Shown here: positions 18,865-28,118 of the stretch, in pieces
How positions within the stretch are numbered: the first letter of the stretch is position 1
Layout: each line of letters starts with the position of its first letter
From: Bacteroidaceae bacterium
GTDB taxonomy: Bacteria; Bacteroidota; Bacteroidia; Bacteroidales; Bacteroidaceae
Reading direction: 5' to 3'
NCBI GenBank assembly: GCA_017468985.1
Contig: JAFUHF010000056.1
Location: 3,922 to 67,921 of the forward strand
Length of the DNA: 64,000 nucleotides
Notes under the pieces: model-generated
Seen by the model: only the letters and a program-made list of their open reading frames with translations
What the model was told of the DNA's origin: nothing
The model's database searches: none
Program-made: the position numbers and the translations under genes

Positions 18865-18893
18865 CTCTAATCACATCTTAACAAAGACAAGGG

Positions 18894-19739
18894 TCAGTCA
18901 CCGGCTGCGGCGTCCTGCTCCTCAGGGGCAGGGTCTGAGGAAACAACGTCAGCAGGCGTTTCTTCCTGCGGCGCCTCCTCAGGCACTGTGCCTTCGCTGG
19001 CAGTACGTGTGGCAGCCTGGGCAGCAATGCTGCGATAGTGCTGAACGATGCTGTTCAGATTGTACACGAGATCGGAAACTCCCTCCACATTGTTCACGGC
19101 GCTGGCATTGATATGCACCACCATGTCGACATACACATTCTCCAGCTCGGAGCGGATCTGCTTGCCCGTAGAAGCCTCAACGGACTTCGAGAGCGCGGCT
19201 TTCTCCAGCTCGCGATTGTGAAGATAGTCCTGAACCACGGCGTTGGCCGATTTCAACTCAGCAAGCACAGTGGTTAGGGCAAACTTGGTGACGACGTCTT
19301 TCATCTTCTCCCCCTGAGCCCAGGCCAAAAGGCCGTTGATCTCAGAAGTCGCATCCGAGAGACTGTGGTCACCCACACCCTTGTAAGCTCTCATCCCTGC
19401 ATAGAGCGTCTGAGCGTCAGCATACAGCGCACTCGTTGCCGGGAGCTTACTGGCATGGTATGCCATTTTGAACAGAAACCCCACATAGCGGTCACGGGCC
19501 TTGTCGGCAGCCTCCACCTGTGGGGTGAGGGCCGAAGCACGCTGCATGTTGATGGTTTTCTGCAACTTGGAGACGAGATTTTTGATCTCGTTCACATTTC
19601 CTACTATTCCCATGCTTTCAGCAGAAGCATCGGAATTAATCACCGCCTTAAGGACGGAATTCTGCATGGCCAGGAATTCTCCATTGGTCAGCCTGGTGCC
19701 AACAAATTTGTCGACGAGATTTAATTTTAACTTTGCCAT
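18894..19739 (-). CDS. Hypothetical alpha-helical protein, DUF6261-like (HagB-like family of Bacteroidota), acidic C-terminal tail
   Basis: The 281-aa ORF has an N-terminal pattern (RLTNGEFLAMQNSVLKAV ... LTPQVEAADKARDRYVGFLF) resembling DUF6261. The family assignment is from memory, not from a search. Confidence 0.5.
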   Translation of the reverse strand: MAKLKLNLVDKFVGTRLTNGEFLAMQNSVLKAVINSDASAESMGIVGNVNEIKNLVSKLQKTINMQRASALTPQVEAADKARDRYVGFLFKMAYHASKLPATSALYADAQTLYAGMRAYKGVGDHSLSDATSEINGLLAWAQGEKMKDVVTKFALTTVLAELKSANAVVQDYLHNRELEKAALSKSVEASTGKQIRSELENVYVDMVVHINASAVNNVEGVSDLVYNLNSIVQHYRSIAAQAATRTASEGTVPEEAPQEETPADVVSSDPAPEEQDAAAGD

Positions 19740-19785
19740 ATCAAAATGAGTTAGTTAAACATATCTTTGATCATTGTTAGTGCTG

Positions 19786-19793
19786 CAAAATTA
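19786..19793 (-). promoter_or_regulatory. -7 promoter box (TAATTTTG on the minus strand) for the 18894..19739 gene
   Basis: It is an exact TAnnTTTG match about 47 nt upstream of the ATG at 19739. Confidence 0.5.
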
Positions 19794-19836
19794 GCAATAG
19801 TTTCAGATATGCACCTCAAGGGGGCAGATTTTTTTC

Positions 19837-19880
19837 AAAAAAAAATTGGAGGCCGCGACGTTGGACTCATCGCGACCTCC
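19837..19880 (-). terminator. Rho-independent terminator of the alcohol dehydrogenase gene
   Basis: On the minus strand an 11-bp stem (GGAGGTCGCGA / TCGCGGCCTCC, one G-U pair) is followed by AATTTTTTTTT. Confidence 0.7.
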
Positions 19881-19929
19881 TGATATGGCAACTCCGGCTG
19901 CCAAAAGCCGGAAAAGAAAATGCTGTACT

Positions 19930-21105
19930 TCAGGAGATACACATTTCGTATATCTCGCGCGTAGCGCGTCGGTCGAGCTTCACGTAGTTGCCTATGAGCT
20001 CGCCCTTGTCTTCATGGAGCTTCTCCACGAGGAGGGGCACGTCGGGCTGCTCCACACCCAGCTCGCGGAAGGTGGTGGGCAGACCTATTTCGTGGAAAAA
20101 TTGCTTCAGACAGCGAACGCCCTCAACGGCCACGAACCGCAGATCCTTACGCTCAGGCACACCCCAGACGCGGAGGGCAAACTGCGCCACCTTTTCGGGG
20201 CGGTGAACGGTCATCCACGTGAGCCATGCCGGCTGCACCACGGAGAGCCCGGCGCCGTGGGCGACGCCGTAAACGGCACTCACTTCGTGTTCCATGAAGT
20301 GGCTGGCCCAGTCTTCCTCGCGGCCTACGCCCAAAATGCCGCTATGGGCCACGGTACCGGCCCACATCAGGTTGGCTCGGGCCTCGTAGTTGTGGCTGTC
20401 GGCCATGACTTGGCGCGCGGAAAGCACGATGGACTGGAGCGCCGCCTCACAGAGGCGGTCGGTGAGGTCTACGTTGAGCGTATTGGAGAAGTATCGCTCC
20501 ATGATGTGGCTCATCATGTCGGCCACGCCACAAGCGGTCTGGAAAGGAGGCAGGCTAAAGGTGATCTCAGGGTTCATGCAGGCAAACTTGGGACGGAGCA
20601 CGTCGCCGGTGCGCAGCGAAATCTTGTGGAGTCCGTCGCGCTTGGTGATGACCGAATTGCCGGAGGCCTCGCTGCCTGCGGCCGGAATGGTGAGCACCAC
20701 GCCGACGGGCAAAGCGCGCTCCACGGGATGGACGCCGGCATAGAAGTCCCAGAAATCGCCCTCATAAAGCGCACCGGCCGCTATGGCCTTAGCCGTATCG
20801 ATGACGCTGCCGCCACCCACGGCCAGCAGGAAGTCTATGCCGTGCTGGCGCACTCGGGCGATGCCCTCGTAGACCTTGTCGTCGGTGGGGTTGGGCTGAA
20901 TGCCGCCCATGAGGTGGATGGGAATGCCACACTGTTCCAGGGCCCCCATGACGCGTGAAAGGAGGCCACTCTCCTCAGCATGGCGGCCGCCGTAGAGGAG
21001 AAGCACTTTATTGGCCCCATAGCGGAGCGACAGGCGGCCGGCCTCCTGTTCGGCATTGCGACCGAACACAAACTCCGTGGGACTCTTGAAAACGAAATTA
21101 TTCAT
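19930..21105 (-). CDS. Iron-containing (group III) alcohol dehydrogenase, butanol dehydrogenase/YqhD-like
   Basis: LLAVGGGSVIDTAKAIA and the metal-binding His region (HFMEHEVSAVYGVAHGAG) are present. Confidence 0.9.
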   Translation of the reverse strand: MNNFVFKSPTEFVFGRNAEQEAGRLSLRYGANKVLLLYGGRHAEESGLLSRVMGALEQCGIPIHLMGGIQPNPTDDKVYEGIARVRQHGIDFLLAVGGGSVIDTAKAIAAGALYEGDFWDFYAGVHPVERALPVGVVLTIPAAGSEASGNSVITKRDGLHKISLRTGDVLRPKFACMNPEITFSLPPFQTACGVADMMSHIMERYFSNTLNVDLTDRLCEAALQSIVLSARQVMADSHNYEARANLMWAGTVAHSGILGVGREEDWASHFMEHEVSAVYGVAHGAGLSVVQPAWLTWMTVHRPEKVAQFALRVWGVPERKDLRFVAVEGVRCLKQFFHEIGLPTTFRELGVEQPDVPLLVEKLHEDKGELIGNYVKLDRRATREIYEMCIS

Positions 21106-21135
21106 TATATAATAAGGATAGAGGTTGTCGGGATC

Positions 21136-21996
21136 TTACCACTTCAAATCCACGAAGTGGGGGTGGTGATCGGAAAGATACTGGTCAGGAGCCAGGTAGC
21201 TGTTGAATATCTCGGCGCGTTTCACCTTGAGTTGAGGCGAAAGGAAGATGAAGTCTATTTTGTAGGCCTTCTCGTCGGGTATCTTGCCCCAGGCGTGGAA
21301 GGTAGTTTTGCATCCCGTGCGCTTACGAGCCATCTTGTAGGCATCGCCAAGGGGAATGCCGCCCGTGGTCATGGTGATATAGGCTTCCTCAGTGTCTTCC
21401 ACATTGAAGTCGCCGGTAACCATGAGAGGCGTGCCGGCCGGTACGAGGGCCGTGAGGCGTTCCTTGATGAGGAGGGCACCATTGCGGCGCGCCACCTTGC
21501 CGATGTGGTCCAGATGGGTGTTGGCAAAGACGAACAGCTTGCCGGAGACCTTGTCCTGCAAGAGCGCCCACGAGCACACGCGGCGGCAGTTGGCATCCCA
21601 ACCGTAGGACGGTGCCTCCGGCGTTTCGCTGAGCCAGAAGGTGCCACTCTTCAGGGCGCGGTAGCGGTCGGTGCGATAGTAAACAGGGCTGTATTCACCC
21701 TGCTCCTTGCCGTCATCGCGCGCCACGCCCACGTAGGCATAGTCCTTGAGGTAGGGCGCAAGGTCGTCCATCTGTGGTTTGGTGGGCTCCTGAAGGCCGA
21801 ACACGTCGGGGTGGTTTTTCTGAATGAACTCCCCCACCTGGACCTTACGGGCGTCCCAATGTGGGCCGCGGTCCACGAGGATGTTGAAACTCAAGATGCG
21901 AAACTTCCTGGCCTCTGCAGGGAGGGCCAGAATCAAAGCAAATGCCACCACCAGCAGGGAGCGGCACGAACGACAGGAAATGGACATTGATTTCAT
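21136..21996 (-). CDS. Endonuclease/exonuclease/phosphatase (EEP) family protein, secreted
   Basis: It is a paralog of 4876..5742 (shared GEYSPV, SGTFWLSETPE, THLDH, GDFN and SDHHP). The start is trimmed to MKSMSISCRS, ahead of the signal peptide. Confidence 0.85.
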   Translation of the reverse strand: MKSMSISCRSCRSLLVVAFALILALPAEARKFRILSFNILVDRGPHWDARKVQVGEFIQKNHPDVFGLQEPTKPQMDDLAPYLKDYAYVGVARDDGKEQGEYSPVYYRTDRYRALKSGTFWLSETPEAPSYGWDANCRRVCSWALLQDKVSGKLFVFANTHLDHIGKVARRNGALLIKERLTALVPAGTPLMVTGDFNVEDTEEAYITMTTGGIPLGDAYKMARKRTGCKTTFHAWGKIPDEKAYKIDFIFLSPQLKVKRAEIFNSYLAPDQYLSDHHPHFVDLKW

Positions 21997-22051
21997 TGAA
22001 ATGGATTTGTTAGCAAAGATAGGAAAATCTCCGCACTCCTCCAAACAAAAC

Positions 22052-22082
22052 AAAAAAAACGCGGCCCCGAAGGGCCACGCGT
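22052..22082 (-). terminator. Rho-independent terminator of hppA
   Basis: The minus strand reads ACGCGTGGCCC-TTCG-GGGCCGCGT followed by TTTTTTTT. Confidence 0.7.
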
Positions 22083-22104
22083 CATAATAATTTTGAAAAT
22101 GAAT

Positions 22105-24306
22105 TCAGAACAGATGGCAACTCACGATGAGGCCGGCCATAACGATACTGATCATGCTCATGAGCTTGATGAGGATGTTCAGACTGGGGCCTGACGTATC
22201 CTTGAACGGGTCGCCTACGGTGTCGCCCACGATGGTGGCCTTATGGCTCGCCGAGCCCTTGCCGCCAAAGTTGCCTTCTTCCACCATCTTCTTGGCATTG
22301 TCCCAAGCTCCGCCGGAGTTCGACATGAACACCGCCAGGGTGAAGCCTGCAGCCAGACCGCCCACCAACAGGCCCAGCACACCGGCCACGCCGAGAATAA
22401 CGCCCACCACGATGGGGATGACGATGGCCAGCAGAGAGGGTACCACCATTTCGCGCTGAGCTGCACGGGTGGATATTTCTACGCAACGCTTATAGTCGGG
22501 CGTTGCCTTGCCTTCAAGAATGCCTGCAATGGTTTGGAACTGACGACGCACTTCCTCCACCATAGACTGGGCCGCACGGCCCACGGCGCCCATGGTGAGT
22601 CCACAGAACAGGAACGCTGCCATGGCTCCGAGGAATACGCCGATAAGCACTTTGGGATTCATCAGGTTCACCTGGAAGTAGTCCATAAATTCGGGCATGG
22701 TGGCCGTAGAGGGGTCAAAGAGGCGTCCGTCTACGTAAGCGAAGGCCTCACGTCCGTGGTCTAGGGCACGTTGCATGGCAATTTTGATCTCCTCTATATA
22801 GGATGCCAAGAGCGCCAGGGCTGTCAGAGCTGCCGACCCGATGGCGAAGCCTTTGCCCGTAGCAGCCGTAGTGTTGCCCAGAGCGTCGAGGGCATCGGTG
22901 CGCTGACGAACGTAGGGCTCCAAGCGGCTCATTTCGGCGTTTCCGCCTGCATTGTCCGCAATCGGGCCGTAGGCGTCAGTGGCCAGGGTGATTCCCAGCG
23001 TGGACAGCATGCCCACGGCAGCAATACCGATGCCGTAAAGGCCCAACTGGATGTTATGAGCTTCCATCATGCCACTGATGTCGAAACGGATGGCACAAAG
23101 GTAACTGAGCAGAATGGCAACGGAAATCGTCACCACGGGAATGCAAGTGGAGATCATTCCGGTGCCTATGCCCTTAATGATCACGGTAGCACTACCGGTT
23201 TGCGAAGCCTCGGCTATGGCTTGCGTTGGACGGTAGGTATGGGAGGTATAGTACTCCGTGGCTTGGCCTATGATGACGCCTGCAGCCAGACCCGTAATGA
23301 CGGAGAAGGAGAGGCCGAGCCAGTTTTCAAGACCTAAGACATAGAGAATACCGAAGGTAACTACGGCAATGAGCACGGCGCTCACGTTGGTACCGATGCC
23401 GAGGGAATGAAGAAGGTCCTTCATAGTGGCGCCTTCCTTGGTGCGTACCAAGAAGATGCCCAGCAGGGAGAGGAACACGCCAACTGCGGCTATCAGCATG
23501 GGCGCAATCACGGCCTTGAACTGCATGCCGCTGGCCGCAAAGGCCACGGCACCGAGGGCCGCCGTAGACAGAATGGAGCCGCAATAGCTCTCGTAGAGGT
23601 CGGCTCCCATGCCGGCCACGTCGCCCACATTGTCGCCCACGTTGTCAGCGATGGTAGCCGGATTACGGGGATCGTCTTCGGGGATGTCGGCCTCGACCTT
23701 GCCCACAATGTCGGCACCTACGTCGGCAGCCTTAGTATAAATGCCGCCGCCCACGCGCGCAAAGAGGGCCTGCATGGAGGCACCCATGCCGAAGGTGAGC
23801 ATCGTGGTGGTGATGGAAATGAGGCCGGATGAATCAAACTTATTGAGGATGACGAACCAAAGACTGATGTCGAGCAGACCGAAGCCTACAACGACCAGTC
23901 CCATGACGGCACCGCTTCGGAAAGCAATCCTGAGGCCGGCGTCCATGGACTGACGGGCAGCATTGGCAGTACGGGCAGAAGCATAAGTAGCCGTCTTCAT
24001 GCCCAGATAGCCTGCAAGGCCGGAAAAAAATCCGCCGGTGAGGAAGGCAACGGGCACCCAGTAGTTCTGAATGTGAAGAACGTAAGCCATAAAGGCGAAA
24101 ATAACGAACACGACGAGGAAAACGTAACCCACAACCTTGTACTGCTGGCGCAGGTAGGAGTTGGCTCCCTGGCGAACGGCCAGAGCGATGCGTACCATTT
24201 CGGGCGTGCCCTCGTCGGCCGCCTTCATCTTACGAAAAAAATAGAGTGCGAACCCCAGCGCGATGAGCGAGGCGATAGGCACAAGAGAAAATAAAGACCA
24301 ATTCAT
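22105..24306 (-). CDS. hppA: Membrane-bound ion-translocating pyrophosphatase
   Basis: The 733-aa polytopic protein has the signature GGIYTKAADVGADIVGKVEADIPEDDPRNPATIADNVGDNVGD and also DTVGDPFKDTSGPSLN. Confidence 0.95.
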   Translation of the reverse strand: MNWSLFSLVPIASLIALGFALYFFRKMKAADEGTPEMVRIALAVRQGANSYLRQQYKVVGYVFLVVFVIFAFMAYVLHIQNYWVPVAFLTGGFFSGLAGYLGMKTATYASARTANAARQSMDAGLRIAFRSGAVMGLVVVGFGLLDISLWFVILNKFDSSGLISITTTMLTFGMGASMQALFARVGGGIYTKAADVGADIVGKVEADIPEDDPRNPATIADNVGDNVGDVAGMGADLYESYCGSILSTAALGAVAFAASGMQFKAVIAPMLIAAVGVFLSLLGIFLVRTKEGATMKDLLHSLGIGTNVSAVLIAVVTFGILYVLGLENWLGLSFSVITGLAAGVIIGQATEYYTSHTYRPTQAIAEASQTGSATVIIKGIGTGMISTCIPVVTISVAILLSYLCAIRFDISGMMEAHNIQLGLYGIGIAAVGMLSTLGITLATDAYGPIADNAGGNAEMSRLEPYVRQRTDALDALGNTTAATGKGFAIGSAALTALALLASYIEEIKIAMQRALDHGREAFAYVDGRLFDPSTATMPEFMDYFQVNLMNPKVLIGVFLGAMAAFLFCGLTMGAVGRAAQSMVEEVRRQFQTIAGILEGKATPDYKRCVEISTRAAQREMVVPSLLAIVIPIVVGVILGVAGVLGLLVGGLAAGFTLAVFMSNSGGAWDNAKKMVEEGNFGGKGSASHKATIVGDTVGDPFKDTSGPSLNILIKLMSMISIVMAGLIVSCHLF

Positions 24307-24329
24307 AAGCGTTACTTAAAGATTTCCTG

Positions 24330-24337
24330 CAAAATTA
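24330..24337 (-). promoter_or_regulatory. -7 promoter box (TAATTTTG on the minus strand) for hppA
   Basis: It is an exact TAnnTTTG match about 24 nt upstream of the ATG at 24306. Confidence 0.45.
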
Positions 24338-24426
24338 CAAATAAATGAAAGAAGTAAGTAACAGCCAGCGCGTGTTTTTTCGGAAAAACCGGAACAAACG
24401 GACTTTCTCTTGGTAAATTATGTAAA

Positions 24427-25032
24427 CTACCGTAGCCAGAGCACGGATTCGGGGCCCATATTGAAGAGCAAGTCAACGACGCTGAGATTGGGGAGGAAGC
24501 CGTTGCGCTGAGCGAACACCTGATAGTAGCGGCGAGGCAGAAAATCGGGGTCAGGCTGCTTCGGCGTGAGCGAAGAACGGAAATCCGAGGTTCCGGAACC
24601 AGACTGATAGGCTTCGGAAAGCTGAACGGAAGGCTGAATGTCGAGCAGTTCGCACAGCAGGAGGCGAAGCCCCTCGTTGAAATCGAGAAGAAACTTGAAT
24701 GGACGCTCGTAGAAGGGGCGGAAGTCGTCGGCATAGTACTCGAAGTAGGGACTGCCGTCGTATGCCGTGACGAATGCATGCCAATGGAGGTGTTGCCAGT
24801 TGCCATGGGGACTGATTTGGATGTCACGCATGGCGGTGTGGGAGGGATCGTTGCGCACGATGGGCACAGTGAGGGCCTGAACACCGTCGGGAGCCGCAAT
24901 GAGGCATCGATTGCGGTAGGTTTGCTTGATGAAGTGCTCGTGCTGGTCGATGACCACATGGGGAGCGGCCACCATCTTCTGATAGTAGCTCACGGGCCCA
25001 AGATAAGTGGAGGAAAGGAGCGTAGGTTGCAA
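24427..25032 (-). CDS. WbqC family protein
   Basis: The 201-aa ORF has the WbqC-like N-terminus SSTYLGPVSYYQKM ... FIKQTYRNRC. Confidence 0.8.
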   Translation of the reverse strand: MQPTLLSSTYLGPVSYYQKMVAAPHVVIDQHEHFIKQTYRNRCLIAAPDGVQALTVPIVRNDPSHTAMRDIQISPHGNWQHLHWHAFVTAYDGSPYFEYYADDFRPFYERPFKFLLDFNEGLRLLLCELLDIQPSVQLSEAYQSGSGTSDFRSSLTPKQPDPDFLPRRYYQVFAQRNGFLPNLSVVDLLFNMGPESVLWLR

Positions 25033-25037
25033 GGAAA

Positions 25038-25832
25038 TCAGAGAATTTCGGGTTCCGACAGTTCGCTGATACCCTGAGGGAGCTTCTTATTGAGTTCATG
25101 AACCAGCAGGTAGCCCACGGCGGCAGCCGCTGCTATGGTGACCCCAAAGAGCCACGCGGAAGGGAAATGTTCCTGCAACGTGGAGTCCTGACCGTCAAGG
25201 AAAAAGAGGAGCGTACTGATAGAGTTGTTCAGCACGTGGCACACAATGGGGAGCACTAAACTATGCGTACGCCAGTAGAGCCAACCAAAAAACAGGCCCA
25301 AAGCGAAGGCCCCGAGCACCTGTACGGGATTGAGGTGGATGATGCCAAACAACGCCGCAGAAATAAGGATGGCCTTGCGCGACGAACGGCCGCTCTCCAT
25401 GAGCGAGCCCATCACGCCACGACGGAAACACACCTCCTCGGCAATGGGGCCCAGAAGGGACACCGTAAGAATGCCCAAGGGATTGCGCATGAGGCTGGCC
25501 ATGTCTTCCTTGATCAGATCGGGCACGCCGAGGACTTCCAACAGCGCATTGATGACCACCATAAGCATCAGGAGGGCCAGAACGGACAGCACCACCTGGA
25601 ATGCGGTGGGGCGGCCAAGATAACCGCGGAAGGCCGTGCGGCTGCCACGCTCCATGAGGAAGTAAACAAATCCGATCATCAGCAAGTCGCTCACCAGGGT
25701 AGCGACAATAATAATGTAGGTGAACGCAGCACCACCCTGATAGCCCAACAAGCCGGCGACGGCCGAACCTACTATTCCCGTAAAGAGTTGAAGCACCAGA
25801 AACATGGCGCAAATCAAGAGAGCTTTCTTCAT
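25038..25832 (-). CDS. CPBP family intramembrane glutamic endopeptidase (CAAX protease-like)
   Basis: EEVCFRRGV (EExxxR), FGIIHLN (FxxxH) and HVLNN motifs are present. The start is trimmed to MKKALLICAMF. Confidence 0.85.
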   Translation of the reverse strand: MKKALLICAMFLVLQLFTGIVGSAVAGLLGYQGGAAFTYIIIVATLVSDLLMIGFVYFLMERGSRTAFRGYLGRPTAFQVVLSVLALLMLMVVINALLEVLGVPDLIKEDMASLMRNPLGILTVSLLGPIAEEVCFRRGVMGSLMESGRSSRKAILISAALFGIIHLNPVQVLGAFALGLFFGWLYWRTHSLVLPIVCHVLNNSISTLLFFLDGQDSTLQEHFPSAWLFGVTIAAAAAVGYLLVHELNKKLPQGISELSEPEIL

Positions 25833-26008
25833 TTGGCGTAAAATTTTGTAATGTACCGCAAAAGTACGAAGTTTTGGCGAAGTAGACTTCTGACACGACG
25901 CTTTTTTCCACTCCGGCGGAACGGGAAGACTTTGCGAACGGGAAAAGAAAGGGACCTTTTCAGGAAAAATACTTCTATCTACGCAGCAACTCATCGGCGC
26001 GATATTTG

Positions 26009-26016
26009 TATCTTTG
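26009..26016 (+). promoter_or_regulatory. -7 promoter box (TATCTTTG) upstream of pyrF
   Basis: It is an exact TAnnTTTG match 20 nt upstream of the ATG at 26036. Confidence 0.45.
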
Positions 26017-26035
26017 CATCATCAAACTAACAGTC

Positions 26036-26860
26036 ATGACAAAGCAACAACTCATTGAAAACATACGCCGCAGGGAATCGTTTCTCTGCGTGGGATTAGA
26101 CAGCGACCGCAAAAAATTGCCCCACCATCTGCTGGGCGACGACGACCCCATCTACAGTTTCAATAAAGCCATCATCGACGCCACCGCCCCCTACTGTGTG
26201 GCCTACAAACCGAACGTCGCCTTTTACGAAAGCGAAGGCGTGGAGGGATGGATCACGCTGGAAAAAACCGTGAACTACCTCAAGCAGAACTATCCGGACC
26301 ACCTCATCATCGCTGATGCCAAGCGTGGCGACATAGGCAACACCAGTGCCATGTATGCCCGTTGCTTCTTCGAGAAGCTTGACGTGGGCGCCCTGACCAT
26401 TGCCCCATACATGGGCGAAGACAGCGTGACACCTTTCCTCACCTATCCGAACAAGTGGGTAATTGTCCTGGCTCTTACGAGCAACAAGGGGAGCCACGAC
26501 TTTCAGCTATTGGAAGACAAGGCCAGTGGGGAACGCTTGTTTGAACACGTACTGCGCCGCAGCCAGGTCTGGGGGAACGAGAGCAATACGATGTTTGTCG
26601 TTGGAGCCACCCAGGGACGGATGTTTGAAGACGTCAGGAAAGTTGCTCCGCGCCACTTCCTGCTGGTGCCCGGAGTGGGCGCACAGGGCGGTAGCCTGGA
26701 GGAGGTATGCCGATACGGCATGACGGACGAATGCGGTCTGCTGGTAAACAGCTCGCGCGGCATCATCTTTGCCGATACCTCGGAGCAGTTTGCCCAAGTA
26801 GCCGGAGAAAAGGCACGGGAACTGCAAGAGGAGATGAAAACCTACCTGAACCGCTGCTGA
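26036..26860 (+). CDS. pyrF: Orotidine 5'-phosphate decarboxylase (type 2)
   Basis: FLCVGLDSD and [12 protein letters not shown] motifs are present. The start is set at [10 protein letters not shown]. Confidence 0.9.
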   Translation: MTKQQLIENIRRRESFLCVGLDSDRKKLPHHLLGDDDPIYSFNKAIIDATAPYCVAYKPNVAFYESEGVEGWITLEKTVNYLKQNYPDHLIIADAKRGDIGNTSAMYARCFFEKLDVGALTIAPYMGEDSVTPFLTYPNKWVIVLALTSNKGSHDFQLLEDKASGERLFEHVLRRSQVWGNESNTMFVVGATQGRMFEDVRKVAPRHFLLVPGVGAQGGSLEEVCRYGMTDECGLLVNSSRGIIFADTSEQFAQVAGEKARELQEEMKTYLNRC

Positions 26861-26886
26861 AAGAGGCAGACAAACGCTCCGGAAAC

Positions 26887-28092
26887 ATGATTGTCAACGA
26901 CCCCGTTTTTGGCTTTATTGAGATTCCCGAAGGACTGCTCACTCAACTGGTGAAGCATCCCTACGTGGTCCGCCTCACGCGGCTCAAACAACTCGGGGCC
27001 ACTCATTACGTCTACCCTGGCGCTGTCCATACGCGCTTCCAGCACTCTGTGGGCGCCCTCCACTTGGTAAGCCAGGCAGTGAACGCGCTGGGCGAAAGGG
27101 GCGTTTGCATTCTGGACCATGAACGCATGGGTGTAGAAGCCGCCATGCTGCTCCACGACCTGGGACATGGCCCCATGTCGCACGTTTTGGAGCACTGCTT
27201 TGTAAAGGGTATCTCGCACGAAGAGATCAGTTTGCACCTCATGGAACACATTAACCGCGAAATGGGTGGAGCATTGGACATAGCGATCAGAATTTACCGC
27301 GACAGTTACCCGAAGCACTATCTGCACGAGCTCGTTTGCAGCCAGTTGGACATGGACCGTTTGGACTACCTTTGCAGGGACAGCTTTTTTACCGGAGTGA
27401 GAGAGGGCATCATCGGGGTGGCGCGCATCATCAAGATGCTCGACGTAAGGAACGACCAGCTGGTGGTGGAAGGAAAAGGCATCTACACCATAGAGAACTA
27501 CCTGATGGCGCGCAGGCTGATGTACTGGCAAGTGTACCTGCACAAGACGGTACTGGCCGCCGGCGAAATGCTGCGACTCGCCATAGAACGGGCCCGACGG
27601 CTGGTGGCAGAGGGGCAAGAGGTGGAGTGCGCCCCCTGTCTGGCATACTTTCTGCGCCACCATGTAGACGCTGCCTTTGCCAAAAGCCATCCTGAATGGA
27701 TCAGCCAGTTTGCCGCCCTTGACGACACGGACGTGGAGTCGGCCCTGAAGCAGTGGGCCACACATGAAGACTTCGTATTGTCCACCCTCGCAAGAGGATA
27801 TACGGAACGCCGCCTGCTGAAAGCCACGGAGATGGAGGCACCGCTAACTGACGAGCAGCTGAACACAAAACGAATGGAAGTGGCTCAAAAAATGGGCATC
27901 ACACCAAAGGAAGGCTCGTATTTCGTACAAACGCGCGAAATAGGTCAGATGCTCTACTCCACGGCAGACGACCACATCAGCATTATTCAGAAGGACGGAA
28001 GCGTGCGCGACCTTTCAGCTTTCTCGGAATTGCTCACAGGGCAGCATAGCGACCGAACCACCAAGCGATACTTTCTATTTTCTCCGCGCTAA
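26887..28092 (+). CDS. HD domain-containing metal-dependent phosphohydrolase
   Basis: RFQHSVGALHL and LLHDLGHGPMSH (the HD motif) are present. The start is set at MIVNDPVFGFIEIP; the upstream part of the ORF-track entry overlaps pyrF. Confidence 0.85.
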   Translation: MIVNDPVFGFIEIPEGLLTQLVKHPYVVRLTRLKQLGATHYVYPGAVHTRFQHSVGALHLVSQAVNALGERGVCILDHERMGVEAAMLLHDLGHGPMSHVLEHCFVKGISHEEISLHLMEHINREMGGALDIAIRIYRDSYPKHYLHELVCSQLDMDRLDYLCRDSFFTGVREGIIGVARIIKMLDVRNDQLVVEGKGIYTIENYLMARRLMYWQVYLHKTVLAAGEMLRLAIERARRLVAEGQEVECAPCLAYFLRHHVDAAFAKSHPEWISQFAALDDTDVESALKQWATHEDFVLSTLARGYTERRLLKATEMEAPLTDEQLNTKRMEVAQKMGITPKEGSYFVQTREIGQMLYSTADDHISIIQKDGSVRDLSAFSELLTGQHSDRTTKRYFLFSPR

Positions 28093-28118
28093 ACCCTGTA
28101 CTGCGCAAACCTTCCAAT

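Noticed and set aside
19846-21990. Two long plus-strand ORFs (19846..20958, 370 aa; 20980..21990, 336 aa) opposite the alcohol dehydrogenase and EEP genes
   Set aside because: The minus-strand genes have unambiguous family motifs. The plus-strand translations are Gly/Ala/His/Val-rich with no recognisable domain. They are antisense artefacts.
26842-27765. 307-aa minus-strand ORF opposite the HD-domain gene; likewise 29773..30612 opposite ddh, 15275..15847 opposite the 15281 gene, and 50418..51509 (+) spanning the 769-aa gene start and purN
   Set aside because: All of them overlap genes with strong family signatures on the other strand or frame and have no motifs of their own. The 50418 ORF also crosses an intergenic promoter region.
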